This document shows, piece after piece, positions 16,901 to 34,500 of a stretch of 64,000 bases of DNA. Source of the stretch: Eledone cirrhosa (lineage: Eukaryota). The translations under genes and the position numbers were made by a program. Location of the stretch: the NCBI GenBank assembly GCA_964016885.1, contig OZ024740.1:439952001-440016000 (forward strand). Reading direction: 5' to 3'. Numbering within the stretch: position 1 is the stretch's first letter; each line of letters begins with the position of its first letter. The notes under the pieces are model-generated. The model saw only the letters and a program-made list of their open reading frames with translations, was not told where the DNA came from and ran no database searches.

Positions 16901-19900
16901 TAATAGCACCACATGTCTGATATCTATACAATAACACCACATGTCTGACATCTATATAATAACACCACAAGTCTGACATCTATATAATAACACCACAAGT
17001 CTGACATCTATACAATAATACCACATGTCTGACATCTATACAATAATACCACATGTCTGACATCTATACAATAATACCACATGTCTGACATCTATATAAT
17101 AACACCACAAGTCTGACATCTATATAATAACACCACATGTCTGACATCTATATAATAACACCGCATGTGACATCTATATAATAACACCACATCTCTGACA
17201 ACTATAAATTAACACCACATGTCTGACATCTATATAATAACACCACAAGTCTGACTTCTATATAATAACATCACAAGTCTGACATCTATATAATAACACC
17301 ACATGTCTTACATCTATATAATAACACCACATGTCTGATATCTATATAATAACACCACAATTCTGACATCTATATAATAACACCACATGTCTGACATCTA
17401 TATAATAACACCACATTTATGACATCTATATAATAACACATGTCTGACATCTATATAATAACACCAGATGTCTGACATCTATATAATAACACCACATGTG
17501 ACATCTATATAATAACACCACACGTCTGACATCTATATAATAACACCATATGTCTGACATCTATATAATAACACCAGAAGTCTGACATCTATTTAATAAC
17601 ACCACAAGTCTGACATCTATACAATAATATCACATGTCAGACATCTATATAATAACACCAGATGTCTGACATCTATATAATAACACCACATGTGACATAT
17701 ATATAATAACACCACATGTCTGACATCTATATAATAACACCACATGTCTGGCATCTATATAATAACACCACATGTCTGACAACTATATAATAACAGCACA
17801 TGTCTGACATCTATATAATAGCATCACATGTCTGACATCTATACAATAACACCACATGCCTGACATCTATATAATAACACCACAAGTCTGACATCTATAT
17901 AATAACACCACAAGTCTGACATCTATATAATAACACCACAAGTCTGACATCTATACAATAATACCACATGTCTGACATCTATATAATAACACCACAGGTA
18001 TGACATCTATATAATAACACCACATGTGACATCTATATAATAACACCACATGTCTGACATCTATAAATTAACACCACATGTCTGACATCTATATAATAAG
18101 ACCACAAGTCTGACATCTATATAATAACACCACAAGTCTGAAATCTATATAATAACACCACAAATCTGACATCTATATAATAACACCACATGTCTGACAT
18201 CTATATAATAGCACCACAATTCTGACATCTATATAACAACACCACATGTCTGACATCTATATAATAACACAACATGTCTGACATATATATAATAACCCCA
18301 GATGTCTGACATCTATATAATAACACATGTCTGACATCTATATAATAACAGCACATGTCTGACATCTATATAATAACACCACAAGTCTGACATCTATATA
18401 ATAACACCACATGTCTGACATCTATATAATAACACCACATGTGACATCTATATAATAACACCAAATGTCTGACATCTATATAACAACACCACATGTCTGA
18501 CATCTATATAATAACACCACATGTCTGACATCTATATAATAACACCACAAGTCTGACATCTATATAATAACACCACAAGTCTGAGATCTATACAATAATA
18601 CCAGATGTCTGACATCTATATAATAACACCACATGTCTGACTTCTATATAATAACACCACATGTCTGACATCTATATAATAACAGCACATGTCTGACATC
18701 TATATAATAGCACCACATGTCTGATATCTATACAATAACACCACATGTCTGACATCTATATAATAACACCACAAGTCTGACATCTATATAATAACACCAC
18801 AAGTCTGACATCTATACAATAATACCACATGCATGACATCTATACAATAATACCACATGTCTGACATCTATACAATAATACCACATGTCTGACATCTATA
18901 TAATAACACCACAAGTCTGACATCTATATAATAACACCACATGTCTGACATCTATATAATAACACCACAAGTCTGACATCTATATAATAACACCACATGT
19001 CTGACATCTATATAATAACACCAGAAGTCTGATATCTATATAATAACACCATAAGTCTGACATCTATACGATAATACCACATGTCTGACATCTATATAAT
19101 AACACCACATGCCTGACATATATATAGTAACACCACATGTCTGACATCTATATAATAACACCACCTCTCTGACATCTATACAATAATACCACATGTCTGA
19201 CATCTATATAATAACACCACATGCCTGACATCTATATAATAACACCACATGTCTGACATCTATAAATTAACACCACATGTATGACATCTATATAATGACA
19301 CCACATGTCTGATATCTATATAATAACACCACATGTATGACATCTATATAATAACACATGTCTGACATCTATATAATAACACCAGATCTCTGACATCTAT
19401 ATAATAACACCACATGTGACATCTATATAATAACACCACACGTCTGACATCTATATAATAACACCATATGTCTGACATCTATATAATAACACCAGAAGTC
19501 TGACATCTATTTAATAACACCACAAGTCTGACATCTATACAATAATATCACATGTCAGACATCTATATAATAACACCAGATGTCTGACATCTATATAATA
19601 ACACCACATGTGACATATATATAATAACACCACATGTCTGACATCTATATAATAACACCACATGTCTGGCATCTATATAATAACACCACATGTCTGACAA
19701 CTATATAATAACAGCACATGTCTGACATCTATATAATAGCATCACATGTCTGACATCTATACAATAACACCACATGTCTGACATCTATATAATAACACCA
19801 CAAGTCTGACATCTATATAATGACACCACAAGTCTGACATCTATATAATAACACCACAAGTCTGACATCTATACAATAATACCACATGTCTGACATCTAT

Positions 19901-20289
19901 ATAATAACACCACAGGTATGACATCTATATAATAACACCACATGTGACATCTATATAATAACACCACATGTCTGACATCTATAAATTAACACCACATGTC
20001 TGACATCTATATAATAAGACCACAAGTCTGACATCTATATAATAACACCACAAGTCTGAAATCTATATAATAACACCACAAATCTGACATCTATATAATA
20101 ACACCACATGTCTGACATCTATATAATAGCACCACAATTCTGACATCTATATAACAACACCACATGTCTGACATCTATATAATAACACCACATGTATGAC
20201 ATCTATATAATAACACAACATGTCTGACATATATATAATAACCCCAGATGTCTGACATCTATATAATAACACATGTCTGACATCTATAT

Positions 20290-23200
20290 AATAACAGCAC
20301 ATGTCTGACATCTATATAATAACACCACAAGTCTGACATTTATATAATAACACCACATGTCTGACATCTATATAATAACACCACATGTGACATCTATATA
20401 ATAACACCAAATGTCTGACATCTATATAACAACACCACATGTCTGACATCTATATAATAACACCACATGTCTGACATCTATATAATAACACCACACGTCT
20501 GACATCTATATAATAACACCACAAGTCTGAGATCTATACAATAATACCAGATGTCTGACATCTATATAATAACACCACATGTCTGACTTCTATATAATAA
20601 CACCACATGTCTGACATCTATATAATACAGCACATGTCTGACATCTATATAATAGCACCACATGTCTAACATCTATACAATAACACCACATGTCTGACAT
20701 CTATATAATAACAGCACAAGTCTGACAACTATATAATAATACCACAAGTGTGACATCTATATAATAACACCACATGTCTGATATCTATATAATAACACCA
20801 CAAATCTGACATCTATATAATAACACCACATGTCTGACATCTATATAATAGCACCACAATTCTGACATCTATATAACAACACCACATGTCTGACATCTAT
20901 ATAATAACACCACATGTATGACATCTATATAATAACACAACATGTCTGACATATATATAATAACCCCAGATGTCTGACATCTATATAATAACACATGTCT
21001 GACATCTATATAATAACAGCACATGTCTGACATCTATATAATAACACCACAAGTCTGACATCTATATAATAACACCACATGTCTGACATCTATATAATAA
21101 CACCACATGTGACATCTATATAATAACACCAAATGTCTGACATCTATATAACAACACCACATGTCTGACATCTATATAATAACACCACATGTCTGCCATC
21201 TATATAATAACACCAGTTGTCTGGCATCTATATAATAACACCACAAGTCTGACATCTATACAATAACACAACATGTCTGACATCTATAATATTACACCAC
21301 AAGTCTGACTTCTATATAATAACACCACATGTCTGACATCTATATAATAACAGCACATGTCTGACATCTATATAATAGCACCACATGTCTGATATCTATA
21401 CAATAACACCACATGTCTGACATCTATATAATAACACCACAAGTCTGACATCTATATAATAACACCACAAGTCTGACATCTATACAATAATACCACATGT
21501 CTGACATCTATACAATAATACCACATGTCTGACATCTATACAATAATACCACATGTCTGACATCTATATAATAACACCACAAGTCTGACATCTATATAAT
21601 AACACCACATGTCTGACATCTATATAATAACACCGCATGTGACATCTATATAATAACACCACATGTCTGACAACTATAAATTAACACCACATGTCTGACA
21701 TCTATATAATAACACCACAAGTCTGACTTCTATATAATAACATCACAAGTCTGACATCTATATAATAACACCACATGTCTTACATCTATATAATAACACC
21801 ACATGTCTGATATCTATATAATAACACCACAATTCTGACATCTATATAATAACACCACATGTCTGACATCTATATAATAACACCACATGTATGACATCTA
21901 TATAATAACACATGTCTGACATCTATATAATAACACCAGATCTCTGACATCTATATAATAACACCACATGTGACATCTATATAATAACACCACACGTCTG
22001 ACATCTATATAATAACACCATATGTCTGACATCTATATAATAACACCAGAAGTCTGACATCTATTTAATAACACCACAAGTCTGACATCTATACAATAAT
22101 ATCACATGTCAGACATCTATATAATAACACCAGATGTCTGACATCTATATAATAACACCACATGTGACATATATATAATAACACCACATGTCTGACATCT
22201 ATATAATAACACCACATGTCTGACATCTATAAATTAACACCACATGTCTGACATCTATATAATAAGACCACAAGTCTGACATCTATATAATAACACCACA
22301 AGTCTGAAATCTATATAATAACACCACAAATCTGACATCTATATAATAACACCACATGTCTGACATCTATATATTAGCACCACAATTCTGACATCTATAT
22401 AACAACACCACATGTCTGACATCTATATAATAACACCACATGTATGACATCTATATAATAACACAACATGTCTGACATATATATAATAACCCCAGATGTC
22501 TGACATCTATATAATAACACATGCCTGACATCTATATAATAACAGCACATGTCTGACATCTATATAATAACACCACAAGTCTGACATCTATATAATAACA
22601 CCACATGTCTGACATCTATATAATAACACCACATGTGAAATCTATATAATAACACCAAATGTCTGACATCTATATAACAACACCACATGTCTGACATCTA
22701 TATAATAACACCACATGTCTGACATCTATATAATAACACCACACGTCTGACATCTATATAATAACACCACAAGTCTGAGATCTATACAATAATACCAGAT
22801 GTCTGACATCTATATAATAACACCACATGTCTGACTTCTATATAATAACACCACATGTCTGACATCTATATAATAACAGCACATGTCTGACATCTATATA
22901 GTAGCACCACATGTCTGATATCTATACAATAACACCACATGTCTGACATCTATATAATAACACCACAAGTCTGACATCTATATAATAACACCACAAGTCT
23001 GACATCTATACAATAATACCACATGTCTGACATCTATACAATAATACCACATGTCTGAAATCTATACAATAATACCACATGTCTGACATCTATATAATAA
23101 CACCACAAGTCTGACATCTATATAATAACACCACATGTCTGACATCTATATAATAACACCACAAGTCTGACATCTATATAATAACACCACATGTCTGACA

Positions 23201-26200
23201 TCTATATAATAACACCAGAAGTCTGATATCTATATAATAACACCATAAGTCTGACATCTATACGATAATACCACATGTCTGACATCTATATAATAACACC
23301 ACATGCCTGACATATATATAGTAACACCACATGTCTGACATCTATATAATAACACCACCTCTCTGACATCTATACAATAATACCACATGACTGACATCTA
23401 TATAATAACACCACATGCCTGACATCTATATAATAACACCACATGTCTGACATCTATAAATTAACACCACATGTATGACATCTATATAATGACACCACAA
23501 GTCTGACATCTATATAATAACACCACAAATCTGACATCTATATAATAACACCACATGTCTGACATCTATATAATAGCACCACAATTCTGACATCTATATA
23601 ACAACACCATATGTCTGACATCTATATAATAACCCCAGATGTCTGACATCTATATAATAACACAACATGTCTGACATCTATATAATAACAGCACATGTCT
23701 GACATCTATATAATAACACCACAAGTCTGACATTTATATAATAACACCACATGTCTGACATCTATATAATAACACCACATGTGACATCTATATAATAACA
23801 CCAAATGTCTGACATCTATATAACAACACCACATGTCTGACATCTATATAATAACACCACATGTCTGACATCTATATAATAACACCACACGTCTGACATC
23901 TATATAATAACACCACAAGTCTGAGATCTATACAATAATACCAGATGTCTGACATCTATATAATAACACCACATGTCTGACTTCTATATAATAACACCAC
24001 ATGTCTGACATCTATATAATACAGCACATGTCTGACATCTATATAATAGCACCACATGTCTAACATCTATACAATAACACCACATGTCTGACATCTATAT
24101 AATAACAGCACAAGTCTGACAACTATATAATAATACCACAAGTGTGACATCTATATAATAACACCACATGTCTGATATCTATATAATAACACCACAAATC
24201 TGACATCTATATAATAACACCACATGTCTGACATCTATATAATAGCACCACAATTCTGACATCTATATAACAACACCACATGTCTGACATCTATATAATA
24301 ACACCACATGTATGACATCTATATAATAACACAACATGTCTGACATATATATAATAACCCCAGATGTCTGACATCTATATAATAACACATGTCTGACATC
24401 TATATAATAACAGCACATGTCTGACATCTATATAATAACACCACAAGTCTGACATCTATATAATAACACCACATGTCTGACATCTATATAATAACACCAC
24501 ATGTGACATCTATATAATAACACCAAATGTCTGACATCTATATAACAACACCACATGTCTGACATCTATATAATAACACCACATGTCTGCCATCTATATA
24601 ATAACACCAGTTGTCTGGCATCTATATAATAACACCACAAGTCTGACATCTATACAATAACACAACATGTCTGACATCTATAATATTACACCACAAGTCT
24701 GACTTCTATATAATAACACCACATGTCTGACATCTATATAATAACAGCACATGTCTGACATCTATATAATAGCACCACATGTCTGATATCTATACAATAA
24801 CACCACATGTCTGACATCTATATAATAACACCACAAGTCTGACATCTATATAATAACACCACAAGTCTGACATCTATACAATAATACCACATGTCTGACA
24901 TCTATACAATAATACCACATGTCTGACATCTATACAATAATACCACATGTCTGACATCTATATAATAACACCACAAGTCTGACATCTATATAATAACACC
25001 ACATGTCTGACATCTATATAATAACACCGCATGTGACATCTATATAATAACACCACATGTCTGACAACTATAAATTAACACCACATGTCTGACATCTATA
25101 TAATAACACCACAAGTCTGACTTCTATATAATAACATCACAAGTCTGACATCTATATAATAACACCACATGTCTTACATCTATATAATAACACCACATGT
25201 CTGATATCTATATAATAACACCACAATTCTGACATCTATATAATAACACCACATGTCTGACATCTATATAATAACACCACATGTATGACATCTATATAAT
25301 AACACATGTCTGACATCTATATAATAACACCAGATCTCTGACATCTATATAATAACACCACATGTGACATCTATATAATAACACCACACGTCTGACATCT
25401 ATATAATAACACCATATGTCTGACATCTATATAATAACACCAGAAGTCTGACATCTATTTAATAACACCACAAGTCTGACATCTATACAATAATATCACA
25501 TGTCAGACATCTATATAATAACACCAGATGTCTGACATCTATATAATAACACCACATGTGACATATATATAATAACACCACATGTCTGACATCTATATAA
25601 TAACACCACATGTCTGACATCTATAAATTAACACCACATGTCTGACATCTATATAATAAGACCACAAGTCTGACATCTATATAATAACACCACAAGTCTG
25701 AAATCTATATAATAACACCACAAATCTGACATCTATATAATAACACCACATGTCTGACATCTATATATTAGCACCACAATTCTGACATCTATATAACAAC
25801 ACCACATGTCTGACATCTATATAATAACACCACATGTATGACATCTATATAATAACACAACATGTCTGACATATATATAATAACCCCAGATGTCTGACAT
25901 CTATATAATAACACATGCCTGACATCTATATAATAACAGCACATGTCTGACATCTATATAATAACACCACAAGTCTGACATCTATATAATAACACCACAT
26001 GTCTGACATCTATATAATAACACCACATGTGAAATCTATATAATAACACCAAATGTCTGACATCTATATAACAACACCACATGTCTGACATCTATATAAT
26101 AACACCACATGTCTGACATCTATATAATAACACCACACGTCTGACATCTATATAATAACACCACAAGTCTGAGATCTATACAATAATACCAGATGTCTGA

Positions 26201-27080
26201 CATCTATATAATAACACCACATGTCTGACTTCTATATAATAACACCACATGTCTGACATCTATATAATAACAGCACATGTCTGACATCTATATAGTAGCA
26301 CCACATGTCTGATATCTATACAATAACACCACATGTCTGACATCTATATAATAACACCACAAGTCTGACATCTATATAATAACACCACAAGTCTGACATC
26401 TATACAATAATACCACATGTCTGACATCTATACAATAATACCACATGTCTGAAATCTATACAATAATACCACATGTCTGACATCTATATAATAACACCAC
26501 AAGTCTGACATCTATATAATAACACCACATGTCTGACATCTATATAATAACACCACAAGTCTGACATCTATATAATAACACCACATGTCTGACATCTATA
26601 TAATAACACCAGAAGTCTGATATCTATATAATAACACCATAAGTCTGACATCTATACGATAATACCACATGTCTGACATCTATATAATAACACCACATGC
26701 CTGACATATATATAGTAACACCACATGTCTGACATCTATATAATAACACCACCTCTCTGACATCTATACAATAATACCACATGACTGACATCTATATAAT
26801 AACACCACATGCCTGACATCTATATAATAACACCACATGTCTGACATCTATAAATTAACACCACATGTATGACATCTATATAATGACACCACAAGTCTGA
26901 CATCTATATAATAACACCACAAATCTGACATCTATATAATAACACCACATGTCTGACATCTATATAATAGCACCACAATTCTGACATCTATATAACAACA
27001 CCATATGTCTGACATCTATATAATAACCCCAGATGTCTGACATCTATATAATAACACAACATGTCTGACATCTATATAAT
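20290..27080. repeat. Tandem duplication, unit 3394 bp
   Basis: Private variants recur at a 3394 offset: GACATTTATA 20340/23734 and TCAGAC 22111/25505. A 1-bp deletion TAATACAGC (about 20625/24019) and CTATAATATTAC (about 21285/24679) also recur. Confidence 0.85.
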
Positions 27081-30059
27081 AACAGCACATGTCTGACATC
27101 TATATAATAACACCACATGTCTGACATCTATGTAACAACACCACATGTCTGACATCTATATAATAACACCACAAGTCTGACATCTATATAATAACACCAC
27201 ATGTCTGACATCTTTATAATAACACCACATGTGACATCTATATAATAACACCAAATGTCTGACATCTATATAGCAACACCACATGTCTGACATCTATATA
27301 ATAACACCACATGTCTGACATCTATATATTAACACCACATGTCTGCCATCTATATAATAACACCAGTTGTCTGGCATCTATATAATAACACCACAAGTCT
27401 GACATCTATACAATAACACAACATGTCTGACATCTATATAATTACACCACAAGTCTGACTTCTATATAATAACACCACATGTCTGACATCTATATAATAA
27501 CAGCACATGTCTGACATCTATATAATAGCACCACATGTCTGATATCTATACAATAACACCACATGTCTGACATCTATATAATAACACCACAAGTCTGACA
27601 TCTATATAATAACACCACAAGTCTGACATCTATACAATAATACCACATGTCTGACATCTATACAATAATACCACATGTCTGACATCTATACAATAATACC
27701 ACATGTCTGACATATATATAATAACACCACAAGTCTGACATCTATATAATAACACCACATGTCTGACATCTATATAATAACACCGCATGTGACATCTATA
27801 TAATAACACCACATGTCTGACAACTATAAATTAACACCACATGTCTGACGTCTATATAATAACACCACAAGTCTGACTTCTATATAATAACATCACAAGT
27901 CTGACATCTATATAATAACACCACATGTCTTACATCTATATAATAACACCACATGTCTGATATCTATATAATAACACCACAATTCTGACATCTATATAAT
28001 AACACCACATGTCTGACATCTATATAATAACACCACATTTATGACATCTATATAATAACACATGTCTGACATCTATATAATAACACCAGATGTCTGACAT
28101 CTATATAATAACACCACATGTGACATCTATATAATAACACCACACGTCTGACATCTATATAATAACACCATATGTCTGACATCTATATAATAACACCAGA
28201 AGTCTGACATCTATTTAATAACACCACAAGTCTGACATCTATACAATAATATCACATGTCAGACATCTATATAATAACACCAGATGTCTGACATCTATAT
28301 AATAACACCACATGTGACATATATATAATAACACCACATGTCTGACATCTATATAATAACACCACATGTCTGGCATCTATATAATAACACCACATGTCTG
28401 ACAACTATATAATAACAGCACATGTCTGACATCTATATAATAGCATCACATGTCTGACATCTATACAATAACACCACATGTCTGACATCTATATAATAAC
28501 ACCACAAGTCTGACATCTATATAATAACACCACAAGTCTGACATCTATATAATAACACCACAAGTCTGACATCTATACAATAATACCACATGTCTGACAT
28601 CTATATAATAACACCACAGGTATGACATCTATATAATAACACCACATGTGACATCTATATAATAACACCACATGTCTGACATCTATAAATTAACACCACA
28701 TGTCTGACATCTATATAATAAGACCACAAGTCTGACATCTATATAATAACACCACAAGTCTGAAATCTATATAATAACACCACAAATCTGACATCTATAT
28801 AATAACACCACATGTCTGACATCTATATAATAGCACCACAATTCTGACATCTATATAACAACACCACATGTCTGACATCTATATAATAACACCACATGTA
28901 TGACATCTATATAATAACACAACATGTCTGACATATATATAATAACCCCAGATGTCTGACATCTATATAATAACACATGTCTGACATCTATATAATAACA
29001 GCACATGTCTGACATCTATATAATAACACCACAAGTCTGACATCTATATAATAACACCACATGTCTGACATCTATATAATAACACCACATGTGACATCTA
29101 TATAATAACACCAAATGTCTGACATCTACATAACAACACCACATGTCTGACATCTATATAATAACACCACATGTCTGACATCTATATAATAACACCACAA
29201 GTCTGACATCTATATAATAACACCACAAGTCTGAGATCTATACAATAATACCAGATGTCTGACATCTATATAATAACACCACATGTCTGACTTCTATATA
29301 ATAACACCACATGTCTGACATCTATATAATAACAGCACATGTCTGACATCTATATAATAGCACCACATGTCTGATATCTATACAATAACACCACATGTCT
29401 GACATCTATATAATAACACCACAAGTCTGACATCTATATAATAACACCACAAGTCTGACATCTATACAATAATACCACATGTCTGACATCTATACAATAA
29501 TACCACATGTCTGACATCTATACAATAATACCACATGTCTGACATCTATATAATAACACCACAAGTCTGACATCTATATAATAACACCACATGTCTGACA
29601 TCTATATAATAACACCACAAGTCTGACATCTATATAATAACACCACATGTCTGACATCTATATAATAACACCAGAAGTCTGATATCTATATAATAACACC
29701 ATAAGTCTGACATCTATACGATAATACCACATGTCTGACATCTATATAATAACACCACATGTCTGACATATATATAGTAGCACCACATGTCTGACATCTA
29801 TATAATAACACCACCTCTCTGACATCTATACGATAATACCACATGTCTGACATCTATATAATAACACCACATGTCTGACATCTATATAATAGCACCACAA
29901 TTCTGACATCTATATAACAACACCATATGTCTGACATCTATATAATAACCCCAGATGTCTGACATCTATATAATAACACAATATGTCTGACATCTATATA
30001 ATAACACCAAATGTCTGACATCTATGTAACAACACCACATGTCTGACATCTATATAATA

Positions 30060-31070
30060 ACACCACAAGTCTGACATCTATATAATAACACCACATGTCT
30101 GACATCTATATAATAACACCGCATGTGACATCTATATAATAACACCACATGTCTGACAACTATAAATTAACACCACATGTCTGACATCTATATAATAACA
30201 CCACAAGTCTGACTTCTATATAATAACATCACAAGTCTGACATCTATATAATAACACCACATGTCTTACATCTATATAATAACACAACATGTCTGATATC
30301 TATATAATAACACCACAATTCTGACATCTATATAATAACACCACATGTCTGACATCTATATAATAACACCGCATGTGACATCTATATAATAACACCACAT
30401 GTCTGACAACTATAAATTAACACCACATGTCTGACATCTATATAATAACACCACAAGTCTGACTTCTATATAATAACATCACAAGTCTGACATCTATATA
30501 ATAACACCACCTCTCTGACATCTATACAATAATACCACATGTCTGACATCTATATAATAACACCACAAGTCTGACATCTATATAATAACACCACATGTCT
30601 GACATCTATATAATAACACCGCATGTGACATCTACATAATAACACCACATGTCTGACAACTATAAATTAACACCACATGTCTGACATCTATATAATAACA
30701 CCACAAGTCTGACTTCTATATAATAACATCACAAGTCTGACATCTATATAATAACACCACATGTCTTACATCTATATAATAACACCACATGTCTGATATC
30801 TATATAATAACACCACAATTCTGACATCTATATAATAACACCACATGTCTGACATCTATATAATAACACCGCATGTGACATCTATATAATAACACCACAT
30901 GTCTGACAACTATAAATTAACACCACATGTCTGACATCTATATAATAACACCACAAGTCTGACTTCTATATAATAACATCACAAGTCTGACATCTATATA
31001 ATAACACCACCTCTCTGACATCTATACAATAATACCACATGTCTGACATCTATATAATAACACCACATGC
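30060..31070. repeat. Four 250-bp (9-monomer) units in alternating A-B-A-B form (500-bp dimer repeated twice)
   Basis: The G of CCGCATGTGAC lies at 30121, 30371, 30621 and 30871. Units 1 and 3 carry GTCTTAC/GATATC/CAATTC; units 2 and 4 carry CCTCTCTG/ACAATAATAC. Confidence 0.88.
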
Positions 31071-31559
31071 CTGACATATATATAATAACACCACATGTCT
31101 GACATCTATATAATAACACCACCTCTCTGACATCTATACAATAATACCACATGTCTGACATCTATATAATAACACCACATGCCTGACATCTATATAATAA
31201 CACCACATGTCTGACATCTATAAATTAACACCACATTTATGACATCTATATAATGACACCACAAGTCTGACATCTATATAATAACACCACAAATCTGACA
31301 TCTATATAATAACACCACATGTCTGACATCTATATAATAGCACCACAATTCTGACATCTATATAACAACACCATATGTCTGACATCTATATAATAACCCC
31401 AGATGTCTGACATCTATATAATAACACAACATGTCTGACATCTATATAATAACAGCACATGTCTGACATCTATATAATAACACCACATGTCTGACATCTA
31501 TGTAACAACACCACATGTCTGACATCTATATAATAACACCACAAGTCTGACATCTATAT

Positions 31560-34500
31560 AATAACACCACATGTCTGACATCTTTATAATAACACCACAT
31601 GTGACATCTATATAATAACACCAAATGTCTGACATCTATATAACAACACCACATGTCTGACATCTATATAATAACACCACATGTCTGACATCTATATATT
31701 AACACCACATGTCTGCCATCTATATAATAACACCAGTTGTCTGGCATCTATATAATAACACCACAAGTCTGACATCTATACAATAACACAACATGTCTGA
31801 CATCTATATAATTACACCACAAGTCTGACTTCTATATAATAACACCACATGTCTGACATCTATATAATAACAGCACATGTCTGACATCTATATAATAGCA
31901 CCACATGTCTGATATCTATACAATAACACCACATGTCTGACATCTATATAATAACACCACAAGTCTGACATCTATATAATAACACCACAAGTCTGACATC
32001 TATACAATAATACCACATGTGTTACATTTATACAATAATACCACATGTCTGACATCTATACAATAATACCACATGTCTGACATCTATATAATAACACCAC
32101 AAGTCTGACATCTATATAATAACACCACATGTCTGACATCTATATAATAACACCGCATGTGACATCTATATAATAACACCACATGTCTGACAACTATAAA
32201 TTAACACCACATGTCTGACATCTATATAATAACACCACAAGTCTGACTTCTATATAATAACATCACAAGTCTGATATCTATATAATAACACCACATGTCT
32301 TACATCTATATAATAACACCACATATCTGATATCTATATAATAACACCACAATTCTGACATCTATATAATAACACCACATGTCTGACATCTATATAATAA
32401 CACCACATGTATGACATCTATATAATAACACATGTCTGACATCTATATAATAACACCAGATCTCTGACATCTATATAATAACACCACATGTGACATCTAT
32501 ATAATAACACCACACGTCTGACATCTATATAATAACACCATATGTCTGACATCTATATAATAACACCAGAAGTCTGACATCTATTTAATAACACCACAAG
32601 TCTGACATATATACAATAATATCACATGTCAGACATCTATATAATAACACCAGATGTCTGACATCTATATAATAACACCACATGTCTGGCATCTATATAA
32701 TAACACCACATGTCTGACAACTATATAATAACAGCACATGTCTGACATCTATGTAATAGCATCACATGTCTGACATCTATACAATAACACCACATGTCTG
32801 ACATCTATATAATAACACCACAAGTCTGACATCTATATAATGACACCACAAGTCTGACATCTATATAATAACACCACAAGTCTGACATCTATACAATAAT
32901 ACCACATGTCTGACATCTATATAATAACACCACAGGTATGACATATATATAATAACACCACATGTGACATCTATATAATAACACCACATGTCTGACATCT
33001 ATAAATTAACACCACATGTCTGACATCTATATAATAAGACCACAAGTCTGACATCTATATAATAACACCACAAGTCTGAAATCTATATAATAACACCACA
33101 AATCTGACATCTATATAATAACACCACATGTCTGACATCTATATAATAGCACCACAATTCTGACATCTATATAACAACACCACATGTCTGACATCTATAT
33201 AATAACACCACATGTATGACATCTATATAATAACACAACATGTCTGACATATATATAATAACCCCAGATGTCTGACATCTATATAATAACACATGTCTGA
33301 CATCTATATAATAACAGCACATGTCTGACATCTATATAATAACACCACAAGTCTGACATCTATATAATAACACCACATGTCTGACATCTATATAATAACA
33401 CCACATGTGACATCTATATAATAACACCAAATGTCTGACATCTATATAACAACACCACATGTCTGACATCTATATAATAACACCACATGTCTGACATCTA
33501 TATAATAACACCACACGTCTGACATCTATATAATAACACCACAAGTCTGAGATCTATACAATAATACCAGATGTCTGACATCTATATAATAACACCACAT
33601 GTCTGACTTCTATATAATAACACCACATGTCTGACATCTATATAATAACACCACATGTCTGACATCTTTATAATAACACCACATGTGACATCTATATAAT
33701 AACACCAAATGTCTGACATCTATATAACAACACCACATGTCTGACATCTATATAATAACACCACATGTCTGACATCTATATATTAACACCACATGTCTGC
33801 CATCTATATAATAACACCAGTTGTCTGGCATCTATATAATAACACCACAAGTCTGACATCTATACAATAACACAACATGTCTGACATCTATATAATTACA
33901 CCACAAGTCTGACTTCTATATAATAACACCACATGTCTGACATCTATATAATAACAGCACATGTCTGACATCTATATAATAGCACCACATGTCTGATATC
34001 TATACAATAACACCACATGTCTGACATCTATATAATAACACCACAAGTCTGACATCTATATAATAACACCACAAGTCTGACATCTATACAATAATACCAC
34101 ATGTGTTACATCTATACAATAATACCACATGTCTGACATCTATACAATAATACCACATGTCTGACATCTATATAATAACACCACAAGTCTGACATCTATA
34201 TAATAACACCACATGTCTGACATCTATATAATAACACCGCATGTGACATCTATATAATAACACCACATGTCTGACAACTATAAATTAACACCACATGTCT
34301 GACATCTATATAATAACACCACAAGTCTGACTTCTATATAATAACATCACAAGTCTGATATCTATATAATAACACCACATGTCTTACATCTATATAATAA
34401 CACCACATATCTGATATCTATATAATAACACCACAATTCTGACATCTATATAATAACACCACATGTCTGACATCTATATAATAACACCACATGTATGACA

